Assembly (NCBI GenBank): GCA_964016885.1 | Contig: OZ024745.1 | Location: 29,016,001 to 29,080,000 of the forward strand | Source: Eledone cirrhosa | Taxonomy: Eukaryota | Direction of reading: 5' to 3' | Length of the DNA: 64,000 nt | In this document: positions 1-21,890 of the stretch, piece by piece | How positions within the stretch are numbered: position 1 is the first letter of the stretch | Layout: each line of letters begins with the position of its first letter | Translations under genes and position numbers: made by a program | Notes under the pieces: model-generated | What the model saw: the letters and a program-made list of their open reading frames with translations, nothing else | Databases searched by the model: none | What the model was told of the DNA's origin: nothing

Positions 1-8655
<8,655 letters not shown>

Positions 8656-8767
8656 ATAAGGTAAATATCTCTGTGAGTACTAAGTACCCATATATATATA
8701 CTTATATATAGGGTGTCTATAATATAATTGTTGTTCTATGGTACTAATTTGAGATACAGAAACTATA

Positions 8768-8940
8768 AAAATTGAGAGCAGCAGAACAAACAAACATTAA
8801 ACAATCCTTAATAATAAATTAAAAAATGATTTAAATATCTACCTGTTCAAATACCATTTGAACAGGTAAATATTTAAATCATTTTTTAATTTATTTAAAG
8901 GATTGGTTAATGTGTGTTTGTTCTGCTCATCTCAATTTTT
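8768..8940. repeat. Imperfect fold-back palindrome (~85-bp arms)
   Basis: aaaattgagagcagcagaacaaac...tacctgttcaaat-acc-atttgaacaggta...gtttgttctgctcatctcaatttt. Confidence 0.8.
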
Positions 8941-8988
8941 ATATATATGTACATCATCATCGTTTAACGTCTGATAATGATGTATAAA

Positions 8989-9042
<54 letters not shown>

Positions 9043-9169
9043 CATATAAATGTATACATATATACATATATATATGTACATATAAATGTATACATATATA
9101 CATATATATATATATATGCACATATAAATATATACATATATACATACATTTATATAAAGAGAGAGAGAG

Positions 9170-9201
<32 letters not shown>

Positions 9202-10101
9202 ATATATAAATATTTACACATATATAACCATAAATAAGTATGTGTTGAACAATGAAATCAAAAGGTGAAGATTAGTCTTTATATATATAAATATATACAT
9301 AAATATATTCATATATATATATGTATATATATTCATATATATATGTATATATACGTGTGTCTTACATACGTATATACATTCATATATTGCTATATATATA
9401 TATATATTAGAGAGAGAGAGATAGTTATTTTTCTATAAGTGGGTATATTGTTATAAGTAGAGAGCTAGATTAAAAATGTACATAACAGTGTGTATACATA
9501 ATTGCGTATAGAAATATGTGTATATAGTCGTGTAAGTGAACAACGACTGAAAAATCGAGGTGGGGGGCGATTCGGGTGAATGAGTCAGGGATGTGGAGGG
9601 AGCAGGAGGAGTAGAGAGATTGAAGATGCAATGTAGGGAGAGGAGGAGGAAACAATGTGATGGGATAGAGCCTGGGGGGGGGGGGGGTAGAAATTCTGAC
9701 GTGGTTGGAGAAGGGTGTGAGGGGAGGAGGAGGCAAAATATAAAAACAATAACAAACAATAATATACATAACTATAAATATGATACTGGGATACAATAAT
9801 AATGATATACATAATTATAAATATAACAAACATTAATAATAAACAATGATAATATATGTGTAACAATAAACAATGATAATGTACGTAACAATAAACATAA
9901 GAGGATAATATACGTAACAACAATAACTATAATAAGAAACATGATATACGTAACAGTAATATCCATAATAATGAACATATTAATACATATAACATCAATA
10001 CCAAAGAACAAATACGAAATATTACAGGAAAAAATTCATCCAGGTTTTCCGCTACCACCCAACCCTCTTCCTAGACGAAAAATCAATCATTATTGACTTA
10101 C

Positions 10102-10677
10102 CGCAGTGGTGTAAGGTGGACCAGACAGATCGATCTCATCACGAACAAGTTTGTCACGGACTATATGTTTTAACTGTATCTTGGGGTAAGTGAGCAAAGC
10201 AGACTTGCCATCTTCATAATCGTTGGGTAATCGTCGGGAATAATGGATGGGCTCATTTGTGGAGGAACAATCTCCTACGTTGTGATCGATATTTCCACCA
10301 CCAGTACCACTACCATTGCCACCACCCAGACACACCAGACCACCAGTTCTATGGTAGGTGCTGTCTGAATTGTTGGCAGTGGTGGTGCAAGCCACATGTC
10401 CATGTCCGTCAACTATACTAGCTGCTACATCAACATCATTATTGGGTTTTTCGAGGGTAAAATAGACGGCGGTACCACCCTGTTCGCGAAGAATCCTTAC
10501 AGCATCCAAGATTCGCTGACGATGTTCCTGTTTGAAGACTCCTATGGCGTCCAAGTCAGGATCACCGATCTGTTTGCAAATTTCCAGATCGTCGTAACCA
10601 TTATCCAAGAAGGCTTGTGTGTAGTGCACCAGATTCAAAGAACGAAGCCAGTCTGTTACTATGTTCCAGTCGGCCAT
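10102..10677 (-). CDS. SAMD5: SAM-domain protein exon, SAMD5/SASH1 (SKIP-like) family; probably the first coding exon
   Basis: The translation MADWNIVTDWLRSLNLVHYTQAFLDNGYDDLEICKQIGDPDLDAIGV...RQRILDAVRILREQ...YFTLE...YPKIQLKHIVRDKLVRDEIDLSGPPY matches both conserved blocks of vertebrate SAMD5 as recalled. ATG at 10677. Candidate acceptor ccttcag ends at 10681. Canonical donor GCG|GTAAGT at 10102/10101. In-frame TAA at 10090-10092 if unspliced. Confidence 0.88.
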
Positions 10678-11387
10678 ATCCTGAAGGCAACGAAGCACCA
10701 CTCACACATAAGACACAACACACTTCTGCATTCACTCATACACAACATATATAGACCAATATGTATGTATGGATATATAATAAAATATAATTATATATAT
10801 ATATATATATTATATATATATATATAGTAGATAGATAGCTAGGTATGTATATATATATATGTATATATATATATAGTGTGTGTGTAGGGAGAGAGAGAGA
10901 TATTACACAGAGAAAAGCAGATATATAAATATTTATATATATCTATTTAATTCTGTATATATATATATATATATATATACATATATAAACTGAAGAGGTT
11001 GTTTTATGTACGAGTGTACATAAAACATATATTAACAGAATGAGCACTCAATACATGTGAACATTATACGTAGAAATTTTTAAGGAGAGAGAAAAAGAAA
11101 ACATAAATGTTTATATATTTATGTGTATTTATACAATTATGAATACACGCACGCTTTTACGTGCGATCTCAAATTAACTCATTCATTCACCTCGGTGAAA
11201 ATACATATATACACAGAAGCTATATATATATATATTTAAATATATATATATAAATTGTGTTTATACAAGTATATAAGAGTATTTAACACACACACACATA
11301 CATATATGTAACAAATACCTATCTACCAATCTCTCTCTATAAATATATGTTTATATATATATTCATACGCATAGACAGAGAAACTGA

Positions 11388-12930
11388 CTTCCTTAATAAC
11401 TTTAGATAGATATAGATGTGATGGTGATGGTGGTGGTGATGGTGGTGGCAGCGGGTATGGATTCCTCGGTTTGCTTTCTTGTTTGGTATCCACTCACAGA
11501 ATATTTTGTTTTCCTTCTGTACTATTCCATCTATTATAAATATATCTCACAAATATGTATGTGTATATATATCCTCAGGTCGATGATGATGATGTTGTGG
11601 TGCTGGTGTATGGAGCCTACACCAACGATGTAGGTTCCATTCTAACTAGCAGGACTCCACGAACTACAGTAAGCTGGCCTGCTTAATACACACATACACT
11701 AAACAAAGCTAAAACTACTTTCACACATTGCTACAGAGAGTGACACATACACAGCGCCAGGGTGGGAGGAGAGAGAAAGAGAGTCACGGTGACGTTTGGC
11801 TTTAAAATCTATAATATTCCTTTTCCGCTTTTCTCTCTTTGCATTGTCTGCCTTTTTCTTTTTCCCCTCTCTTACTTTTATTGTCTTCTACTCCTCACAC
11901 TATAACCTCGCTACTATTTCCTCTACCCCTTTCTTTTTGTTACCCTTGCTACTGCTGTTCTTACTGCTGTCGCTTACTCTCTCCGTCATCCCCCTCTCTT
12001 ACTGTTCCTTATTTCTTTCCCTTTCCCTCTTTATTCCACCCCTTCTTTTTTTCTTTACCTCTCACTCTCGTTAAGATGCTGTATTTCCCTCACTCATTTT
12101 TTATTAGTCTCTCTCACTTTCTCACTACTACTCCAACGGCCTGCCACTCCAGTGATGCCTACAGTAGCAGCAGCAACAGCAGCAGCACTAATAGTAGTAG
12201 TATTAGTAGTAAATACTGGAGTGGTAGCAGCAGTTTGCATAGTTGTGTGAAGATGGAGATGGTGACGGAGCGGAGTCGAATAAATGAAGGGGTGGATTGA
12301 TGTTTAAACAACAGAGGAGTAGCATGAGAATGCTGAAGAGAGGAAGAGGAAAGAAAAGTACGTGGGGGTTAAAGAATAGCAATATAGTGACGTAATAGGA
12401 GAAAGTACCTGGGTCGGAAAGAGAGGGAGAAAGATGTTAAGAAATGCTAAAAGTTATATAGAGAGGGTGTGTATGGCTCGCAAAAAAAAAAGAAGAAACA
12501 GATAATGTATGTATGTGCGAAAGAGGAAGGGAGAAAAAATTAAAAAAGCCGATAAAAAGGGGTTAAAGTTATAGAGAGAGGGAATAGCTGACAGACGAAA
12601 AGGAAGAAAGGGTTTTAGTTATATATGAAGGGGTGAGTATAGCTGACGGAAAAGAGGAAAGAAAAAATAATGTGTGTAAGTGGGAGAGAGAAAGAAATGG
12701 AAAGCTGATAAGAAAGGGTTGAAGTTATATAGGGAGGGTGCGTATAGCTGGCGGTCGAAACGGAAGAAAGGGTTGAAGTTATATAGGGAGGATGTGTATA
12801 GCTGACAGAAGATAGGGGGGAAAAAAGGATAATGTGTGAGAGAGAAAGGAACAGATTAAAACAGTGCGATAGTGTGAGAGAGCCAGTATTAAAGACAGGC
12901 TATAACAAGTAAGGGTTAGAGAAAGAGCGT

Positions 12931-12988
<58 letters not shown>

Positions 12989-13290
12989 TGTGTGTGTGTG
13001 TATGGAACAGATAAGAATGAGAGAGAGAGAGAGAAGTAGTATGAGGTATGTAAGGGCACTGTACGAGAAATAATGAAATAATGAGAGAAAGGAAGAGGGG
13101 AAGATAGGGAGGGGGTTAACGGGAGCTGTACACATATACATACATATACACAGACACACACACATTTATATATATACATTCAAACACACATACATATAGA
13201 TATCCACACACATCCATATATCTATAGATATACGTACACACTGTGAACTAAAGATATTTCTCTCAAACAATTTAGCAACCACTACCAACA
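11388..13290 (+). repeat. Left arm of inverted segmental duplication (partner 21240-23260)
   Basis: 11388-12760 is almost base-for-base the reverse complement of 21903-23260, and near-identical ORF translations appear on opposite strands. The inner ~0.5 kb is homologous but clearly more diverged. Confidence 0.95.
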
Positions 13291-13640
13291 CCCCCTTCAT
13301 AACTAGTACTAATAACAATATTAATAAAATCTAAGAACCACTGCTGTTATTACTACTACTGCTACTACTGCTACTACCACAACTGGTAATTCTGTTGATT
13401 GTCTGTGATATCTCACTGTGGGTGTTTGATATCATTGGTACAGCTGGTTGTCTGTGATATTTCACTGTGGGTGTTTGATATCATTGGAGCTGTTGGTTGT
13501 CTGTGATATCTCACTGTGGGTTTATGATAACACTGGGACATTTGGTTGCCTGTGATATATTACTGTGTGTATATGATATCATTGGTACTGTTGGTTGCAT
13601 GTGGTATCTCACTGTGGGAATATGATATTATTAAGACTGT

Positions 13641-13835
13641 AGGGCAGTGGATTGGCAGTATCAGTAGAAGGTCGAACGCCATGCTTTGACGCATAGAGTT
13701 ACGGCCCTTACCATTCTGAGTTCAAATCCCGCCGAGGTTAGCTTTGCCTTTCATCCTTACGGGGTCGATAAAATAAAGTACCAGTAATACACTGAGTAAT
13801 TGCTGACCTTGTGCAAAAAGTAGAAACAATTATTA
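13641..13835 (+). mobile_element. tRNA-derived SINE with Meta-like central domain, near full length
   Basis: B-box gttcaaatccc. Core gcctttcatccttacggggtcgataaaataaagtaccag. Flanking direct repeat attattaagactgt (13627-13640 / 13829-13842) is consistent with a TSD. Many other copies in the window. Confidence 0.85.
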
Positions 13836-14039
13836 AGACTGTTGGTTGTCTGTAATATCTCACTGTGGGAATATATCACTGGGAATGTTGGATCACTGTG
13901 GATCTTTGATATCACTGATAATGATGGGTCATCATCATCCTCATCTTCTGGTTTAACATCTTTATTTGTCACAAACATTGGACATTTTGGGAGCCTCTTC
14001 AAAGCATCTCTCCAGAGTGTTTGTTCCAGGGATAAGGTT

Positions 14040-14170
14040 TAGTCCAGGTTCCAGGTTTGCAGATCATACTTAATTACCTCTTCCCAGGTCTTATGTGGGC
14101 ACCCCCTTCCTCATCTACCAGGAGCCACAATGTTCACATGTCCAAACCAGCACAGTCTGTGGGATCTTAA
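14040..14170 (-). mobile_element. RTE LINE 3' fragment (decayed)
   Basis: Minus-strand translation RLCWFGHV...GRGCPHKTWEEVI. Confidence 0.55.
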
Positions 14171-14394
14171 AACAGAGTCAATATTTGGTAGAGAGATACC
14201 ATGTGGACTGTCAGAGATTTTGTTTAATGTTTGTGTTCGATCTGTGTTATTGTATGGAAGTTTTTGGCCCCCTCAGGATTAAGGACAAATTGCAACTGGA
14301 GAGAAATTAAAATACTATGGTTCATTGGATGTGTTGTCAAAATCTCAGAAACCTCTTGTTTCAATGGATAGGGACCTTCTTGTCAGGATTTGTA

Positions 14395-14776
14395 CTAGGG
14401 TAATCCCAAAAGTAAGGTCTCCAAAGCGATGGGGACGCAGAGAAACTATTTGTGTGGCTGTTGTGATTGGTGCTTCCTTCACTCCCAAACAAGCATGCAC
14501 GCGCTTCGCTGGGATGCTCAATCCTGGCTTGGCAGCCGTTGAGAATGGAGCTCCCGTTGAATGCTACCGCCAAGTGTGAATTTCGCGCAGTTATTATATA
14601 GAGGGCAATCCCAAAAGTAAGGTCTCCTTCCGAGGAAAACATGCGTAAAGATCGGCGGATCACTCTGGATGCTCTCTGCATTTTGATTCCTGAGGTTTCC
14701 ACAGGATTTTAACGGAAAATTGCAATATTGGAAGTTGCAATATTGGAAGGAGACCTTACTTTTGGGATTGCCCTCA
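14395..14776 (+). mobile_element. Mariner transposon 5' fragment followed by a 177-bp MITE of the same TIR family (14600-14776)
   Basis: TIR gagggcaatcccaaaagtaaggtctcc at 14601, with a variant at 14395 and the reverse complement at ~14749-14775, in TA context. Transposase-like start MELPLNATAKCEFRAVI at ~14547. Confidence 0.8.
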
Positions 14777-16169
14777 TATGAGCTCTTGAAGGGATTTCCA
14801 TGCAGATCTGCATCTGGCAATAGAAGCACATAAAAAAAAGAAACAACCTCCACTGGCTCCTATCACGTCACCAAGGTAGCAAAAGCAGTCAACAACATCA
14901 AATTTGGTTGTCAGTGATATCACACTGGGTATATGATAACACTGGGACTGTTGGTTGTCTATGATATCACACAGTGGGTATATGATAACACTGGGACATT
15001 AGGTTTTCTGTGATATCTAACTGTGGGTATATGATAACACTAGGACTGTTGGTTGTTTATGATATCTTGCTGTGGGTATATGATAACACTAGGACTGTAG
15101 GTTGTCTGTGATATCTTACTGTGGGTTTTTGATATCACTGGGACTGTTTGTTGTCTGTGATATCTCACTGTAGGTATATAATATCATTGGGACTGTTGGT
15201 TTTCTGTGGTATCTCACTGTAGGTATATATATGATATCATTGGTACTGCTGGTTATCTGTGATAGCTGGTTGTCTATGATATTTCACTGCAGGTATATAA
15301 TATCACTGGGACTGTTGGTTGTCTGTGTGTGATATATTACTGTAATTATTTGATATCATTGAGACTGTTCGTATCTGTAACATCTCACTGTGGTTTGTTG
15401 ATATCATTGGTAGTGTTGATTGAATGTGATATCTCACTATGGGTGTTTGATATCACTGGGATTGTTGGTTGTCTGTGATATCTCACTATAGGTGTTTGAT
15501 ATCAATAGGACTGTTGGTTGTCAAAGACATCTCAATGCAGATGTTTGATACATGGAGACTGTTCATCAGCTGTTATATCTTACTATTCTTTGTTGATAGC
15601 ATCGAGAGTGTTGGGTGTCTGTGATATCTCACTGTAGGTATATGATATCATTGGGACTGTTGGTTGTGTATGATATCTTACTGTGGGTATTTGATATCAC
15701 TGGGATTGTTTGGTGGCTGTGATATCTTACTGTGAGTATACAATATCATTGGGATAGTTGGTTGCTTGCAATATCTCACTGAGTATATGATATTATTGGT
15801 ACCATTGGTTGTCTGTGATATTTCACTGTGTGTAGAATTTGATATCACTGGGACTGTTTCCTTTTTCTTTTTTTTTTCTCTCATTCACTATAAATGCCAC
15901 CGTTTATTTTTAAAAGTTAGGTCCATAAACACATTTCTTTCTTTTCTTCTCCTGGTTCTCTCCCTTTATGGAACCCATCCCCTATCTATTTACCTCCTTC
16001 TCTCACTCCCTATCCATCCTTCTCCTCTCTCTATCCCTCCACACACCTATCCTCTTATTCATCCCCCATCACTCTCTTTCTACTTCTCCCTCATTCTATC
16101 CCGCTACACATCTACCAACCACCCCCATACTCACCCCAATTATAATTTTCTGCCTCCACCACCAACACG

Positions 16170-16820
16170 CCAGTGAAAATGCCCTCCTCTCCTCAGCCTT
16201 TCACCCTGCAGAAGGTCCATCAGGATCACTCGTGTGATGCGAGCAACAGGTGCAAGATAGGAAGGAACTGCTCCAAATGTAACATTCTTCCACCTTTCTT
16301 GTGTCAAACTCACTTGGCATGTGGTGGATTCCTGCACCAGTGGCACTGCCTGCAACGCCTATCCTCCTCGATGCCACAGATGCTTGGCACAATGGGGACC
16401 TGAATCTGCTCAAACATGACGAGGCCCTGGTGGCGATCTTCCACCTCAGTCAGTTGTGGAGATCATCACCAAGCTCCCCAAAGCTTCCTGCACTCTTATG
16501 GCCAAAGCACTTGCATCATCCATCGATCAAGCGCTTGACTCAGGTGGCCCGCAAAACAGTTTAGTTTTGCTACCCTCACACTCAAGATCTCAATGGCAGG
16601 GAACTCAATGGTGGGGAAGAGATCAGGCCCCTCCCCTATTTTGAGGCTCAAGGGCAATATTGCTTTTTTCTAGGCCCTCTCATGCTGACACAGCGCATGC
16701 AGTCCACTGCTGACCGCACAAAACTTCTTTGGGACAGAGTCAACCTGAAACTAATTGAGGGCAACATTTCAGTTGCTGTACATGTGCTAGTCTCAAGTGA
16801 CACTGTACTCCGGCCCACAC
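16170..16820 (+). mobile_element. Decayed 5' part of a CRE-like (RLE-type) non-LTR retrotransposon ORF with PHD-finger remnant
   Basis: Frameshifted C..C/FHLSCVKL/WHC motif, followed by IITKLPKASCTLMAKALASSI, which resembles the RIPKGAR motif region of CRE-clade ORFs. Confidence 0.45.
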
Positions 16821-17354
16821 CGGATGTCCTATCTTTCTGTCGGTTTTTTATTGTGCATGGGCTGAAGCATACATTTAGTATGCACCTCTTAACCCCTATC
16901 CTCCCTCCCCCTTCCATACACTTCCCACACCCTAACACCCCACCCACATCTGATCACACCACCCTTCTCTTATGCCATTACACTCTTGCTCCTGTCCCTG
17001 CAAAGTGGCAGTGTTGTTATCATGACAAAAAGCACCCAGCCCACAATGTAAATATATGGACAAGATTCTTCAGAATATAAAAGAGAGGAATTTAGTGCAA
17101 ATATATCAGGAAATATTAAGTTTATTTGCAGTTGTTTTTTCTTTACCACCTGCCCACCTTTTAAACATCCCCAAAGGTGATTTACCAGACACATTCAACT
17201 ATTTTATTGTTTAAATATATGAACTGAATGGGACTGGGCCAAACTTATCTCCATGCAGTGGTCCTTGGAGGCCCTGCTTGGGAGAATATTTGTTGTAATG
17301 CTTTGCTAACAAAGATCTGTGTATGAAAAAAAATATGTTGATGAACAATAATTT

Positions 17355-17660
17355 TTCCTTGAGCAAGACACTTTATTTCACATTGCTCCAGTTTACTCAG
17401 CTGTAGAAATGAGATGATAGGGACTGGGGCCCCTATCATTCCACTGCATAGTGGTTGTGGAGGTGCCACGGCAAAAAAGCACCCAGCCCACACTGTAAAG
17501 TGGACATATAGGTACCATGGAAAAAAAAGCACCCAGCACTCACTGTAAATGAGGTTGGTGTTAGGAACGGCATCCAGCTGTAGAAATCAAGCCAGAATCA
17601 GTTCCCGTCCCACCCTTGCAAGCAGGGAAAAGCGGACGTAAAATGATGATGATGATGATA
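17355..17660 (+). mobile_element. SINE-like repeat with RTE-derived 3' tail ending in (GAT)n
   Basis: ccttgagcaagacact...ttggtgttaggaacggcatccagc...cccttgcaagcagggaaaagcggacgtaaaatgatgatg. The tail matches the RTE 3' end at 40535-40572. Related copies near 24770, 28310, 36690, 54810, 57290, 58920, 59150 and 62070. Confidence 0.7.
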
Positions 17661-18049
17661 CACACAATGATGTACACATACACCCATATAAGTCATAATT
17701 GTTTATCACATATTTGCCAACAATCAGTCATATGACATGAAAAGAAGACATGAACTGTAGCAGCTTTTCTTAATATAAGCAAGTAAATTAAAAATGTTTA
17801 AACTATCCCAATTTCTTTGTAAACTTATTGGATTATTAAAGTTGTACATGGTAGAGAGAGAAAGCCAGTGATAGGAAGCTACTAATCTTTTGTAGATTGA
17901 AACTTTCTCTAGACCTACATGTTCCTTTTATATTGGGTTTATTGAAGATGAATGCTGGCAAATGTTTGTAGTCGATATAGTCTTTCTGTGTCTGACAAGA
18001 TGGAGGAACAATCTTCAAGGATACCAAAACCTGAAGTGGTTAACAAGGA

Positions 18050-18600
18050 AGATATTACAGACAACCAACAGACCCAGTGATATTATATACCTACAGTGAA
18101 ATATCACAGAAAACCAACAGTCCCAGTGATATCATATACCTACAGTGAGATATCACAGACAACAAACTATCCCAATGATATTATATCTTTACAATGAGAT
18201 ATCACAGACAACCAACAGTCCCAGTGATATTATATACCTACAGTGAAATATCACAGAAAACCAACAGTCCCAGTGATATCATATACCTACAGTGAGATAT
18301 CACAGACAACAAACAGTCCCAGTGATATCAAAAACCCACAGTAAGATATTACAGACAACCAGCAGTCCCATTGATATCAAACACTCAAAGTAAGATATCG
18401 CAGACAACCAACAGTTGATATCAAACATGACAGTAAGATATCACAGACAACCTAGAGTCCCAGTGATATCAAATATAACAGTAAGATATTACAGACAATC
18501 AACAGTCAATGCGATATCCTCTACCTGCAGTAAGATATCACGCACAACAAACATTACCAATGATATTATATACCCACTCTGAGATATCACAGGCAAGACA
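18050..18600 (-). repeat. 49-bp minisatellite array, reverse orientation of the 13.4-15.9 kb array
   Basis: acagacaaccaacagtcccagtgatatcatatacctacagtgagatatc units. Confidence 0.9.
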
Positions 18601-18750
18601 CAGAAGTACCAGTGGAAGATTAAGGGGCAGCTCAAACTAATCAGGTTGTAGCTAGGAGCCCCACAATATTTAAAGGCACCCAAAATTAATTTTATTTCTC
18701 CCATGAATATTACATAAGGGCTGCTCAGATGTAAACTTGATGCACTGTTG

Positions 18751-18771
18751 AGTAGTAGTAGTAGTAGTAGG

Positions 18772-18804
<33 letters not shown>

Positions 18805-19031
18805 GGTGGTGGTGGTGGTGGTGGTGGTAGCAGCAGCAGCAGTAATAGTTGTGGTGGTGGTGTTGGTGGTAGTAGTAGTAGTAGTAGCAGCAGCAGCAGC
18901 AGTAATAGTGGTGGTGGTGGTGGTGGTGGTGGTGGTGGTAGTAGTAGTAGTGGTGGTGGTGGTGGTGGTGGTGGTGGTAGCAGCAACAGCAGTAATAGTT
19001 GTGGTGGTGGTAGTAGTAGTAGTAGTAGTAT

Positions 19032-19064
<33 letters not shown>

Positions 19065-19227
19065 CATCAGCAGCATCAGCATCAGCAGCATCAGCAGCAG
19101 TAATAGTGGTGGTGGTGGTAGTGGTGGTGGTAGTAGTAGTAGTAGTGGTGGTGGTGGTGGTGGTGGTAGCAGCAGCAGCAGTAATAGTTGTGGTGGTGGT
19201 ATTGGTGCTAGTAGTAGTAGTAGTAGT

Positions 19228-19259
<32 letters not shown>

Positions 19260-19340
19260 TAGTGGTGGTGGTGGCGGCGGTGGTAGTAGTAGTAGTAGTA
19301 ATGGTAGCAGCAGCAACAGCAGCAGTAGTAGTAGTAGTTG
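18751..19340. repeat. Compound trinucleotide microsatellite (AGT/GGT/AGC) with higher-order repetition
   Basis: Recurring blocks (agt)n(ggt)n(agc)n-agtaatagt. Confidence 0.95.
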
Positions 19341-19499
19341 TTGTTTTGTTGTTGTAGGAGGAGGTATTGTAATGATAATGAATTCTTTATTAGCCATGCA
19401 GGGCTCCCATTAAGAAAACATTAGGGACACCACAGAAGGTACAGTGTGGGCTTTGGTGTTTAAAAAAGTTTTAAACAAAAACAAAGAAAACATGTAAGA

Positions 19500-20690
19500 A
19501 TAAAAAAAAAAAATTCCCAATAGGGAAGACTTCTGAGGGTCACACATGGAAAATAGCCACAAAAAGCCACGGTCACTCTGATCACTAGAGCTTCTTCTAG
19601 TTTTCCTACTCCAATCTACAGCCACATACTCAGAGCAGATGCATTCACGTGGGCCATGTTCACCCACCTTTCAATAAACTGCTTGGAAAATAGCACTTCC
19701 CTCTCCACCCGGATTTTCCTCAAGTGAAGCCTGAAAAAGTTAATCAGGTCTTCGCCGAAGATGAAAGTGCTTGTCTTCAGGCTCACCAACTTTTCCTGGT
19801 TAATTTTTGCTCCCGTTACTGCTTTGTACTCCCTCAGAGCAGTGCCGATCACCTCAATGTGTTTGGTGTTCGACATCACCATAGTGCGGTTGCCAGTATA
19901 AGCTGACACCGATCTCCCATATCCTGGTTTGTGCAGGATACCCCCTCAATATCTCCAATTTGTGTAGTAATGGCTTGAGAGTCAATACATACAAAAGGAA
20001 CAGGAGGGGACAACCTTGGAGGACCGAGTACATGATGTTGAACGGTTCTAACCATAGAGCAGACATTGCTGTGCATTTCAGTGATTCAGCCTCTGAAGAC
20101 AGGCCTAAAGCTGGCTGCCTTGAGGACTGCCACCAGATAGCAATGGTCAACTCTATTGAAAGCTTTCGATTGATTTAAGTTGATCAGGGCTCCACCCTTG
20201 CCAGTTTCTTTAGCCATCCTCTCTACGATATGTTGCATTAGGTGGAGGTTGTCGTGGATGGATCTGTTTGGGATGATACATGTTTGCTCCTCTCCTATTA
20301 GATCATTGATGACAAACGCCCACTTCATCACAAACAACTTGGCAAAAATTTTAAACTCTGTATTTAGCAGAGTTATGGGACTAAAATGATCAATATGGTC
20401 GCCGAATTACCTTCTGGGTCCAAGAAGATAGCCTATATCATGAGATCAAAGCCTTTCCAAAACAACATAATGGCTCCACCTCCAGATCCAGGATGGCTAG
20501 GAGATGCATATACCTCATAGCTGCTGAAAATGGGTGTGAAGGCCTGTACCTCGGAAATCCTGGTCTTGCTGATAGCCACCACATCTCTGTTCAGTGACCT
20601 GAGGTCGTTGAGCAAGTGACTCTACTTTCAAGATGACCCCACCCCACATGCACTTATACTGTCTATTCTGAGTAAGGCCATGTTAGATAA
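19500..20690 (-). mobile_element. Tx1/L1-clade LINE remnant (APE start plus RT, internally deleted and frameshifted)
   Basis: LIGEEQTCIIPNRSIHDNLHLM, LNQSKAFNRVDH, QGCPLLFLLYVLTLKPLL, YKAVTGAKIN; APE-like DVVAISKTR. Confidence 0.85.
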
Positions 20691-20929
20691 GGAGTAGGAA
20701 AGTAAGAAAGGGTTAATGATCTCTTCTCCCAGCCAGTTGAGGGTTCCTCCACAAAGATGTTGGAGTATATCTGGTTGGATTAAGTGGCCCGGAAGTCCCC
20801 AATAACATTGGGGGAATTTTTCTTCTAATTCGATGTTTCTTGTATGATTTGTATGTGTGTGGGTAGTGTAATCTTTTTTTTGGGGGGGGGGGGGGGGGTA
20901 ATTCGTTTCTTCAATTGTAGCGTTGTGTT

Positions 20930-20994
20930 TTTAGTAGTAGTAGTAATAGTAGTAGAATTAGTATTAGTAGTAGTAGTAGTGGTGGTGGTGGTGA

Positions 20995-21053
<59 letters not shown>

Positions 21054-21102
21054 ATAGTAGTAGAATTAGTATTAGTAGTAGTAGTAGTGGTGGTGGTGGT
21101 GA

Positions 21103-21165
<63 letters not shown>

Positions 21166-21245
21166 CAGTGGCAGCAGCGGCGGCGGCGGTAGTGGTGGTG
21201 GTTGTAGTAGTAGTAGTTGTATTGGTTGTGGTGGCAGTGGTAGTG
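20930..21245. repeat. (TAG)n/(TGG)n microsatellite
   Basis: Direct reading of the sequence. Confidence 0.95.
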
Positions 21246-21857
21246 GTTGCTAAATTCTTTTTAGGAAATTGCTTGATATCATCGTGTGTGTATGTGTATA
21301 TATAAATATATGTGTGTGTGTGTGTGTGTGCATGTTGGTGTGTATATGTGTGTGTATGTGTACAGCTCCTGTTAACCATCCACCCCTTCATCACGTCCCC
21401 CCTCTTTCTCATTATTTTATTATTTTCCTCACACTACCCCCACATACCTCATACTATTTCTCTTTCTCTTTCTTTCTCTCTCCTTCTCTCAATCTTATCT
21501 CTGTTCCATACACATACATACACTATCTCTCTCTAACCCCTGTTATACCACGTCTTTAATATATTCTGTCTCTCTCTGAACAACCCGCTTTTCCTATCAT
21601 CCTCTAGCACACTCTCACGCGCACACATTATCCTCTTTACTTTTTCGGCTACCAGTTATACTCCCTTTCTCTATATAACTTTAACCCTTTCTTCCTTATC
21701 GTCTGTCAGCTACACGCACACATTTTCTTTAACTTTTACTTCTCTTATTCGCTTCTTCTCTCTCACACACATTACTTTTTCTTCCTTTTCGTCTGCCAGC
21801 TATACACACCCTCTCTCTATAACTTTAACCCTTTCTTTGCTTTTTCTTTCTTTCTTT

Positions 21858-21890
<33 letters not shown>

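Larger units (their letters stand above)
13385..15860 (+). repeat. 49-bp minisatellite array (actgggactgttggttgtctgtgatatctcactgtgggtatatgataac), interrupted by SINE, RTE and mariner pieces
   Basis: Period 49 (e.g. actggg at 14941 and 14990). Blocks at ~13385-13640, 13835-13920 and 14905-15860. Confidence 0.9.

Noticed and set aside
10988-11045. CTGAAGA followed by a 12-bp hairpin near SAMD5
   Set aside because: No GAAA-stem III-NUH arrangement after the hairpin
11418-12300. Hydrophobic ORFs appearing twice (also 22366-23230)
   Set aside because: Apparent conservation is due only to the DNA duplication; CT-rich low complexity and no protein motif
13641-13740. tRNA gene (A/B boxes; similar heads at ~54250, ~60400, ~62440)
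   Set aside because: No cloverleaf; these are tRNA-derived SINE heads
13385-15860. CRISPR-like appearance of regular repeats (also the 31-bp array at 55968)
   Set aside because: Head-to-tail minisatellite without unique spacers; eukaryotic context with no cas genes
18489-19413. Poly-Ser/Gly, poly-Val and poly-Leu/Pro ORFs
   Set aside because: Trinucleotide microsatellite open in several frames on both strands, with no unique coding content
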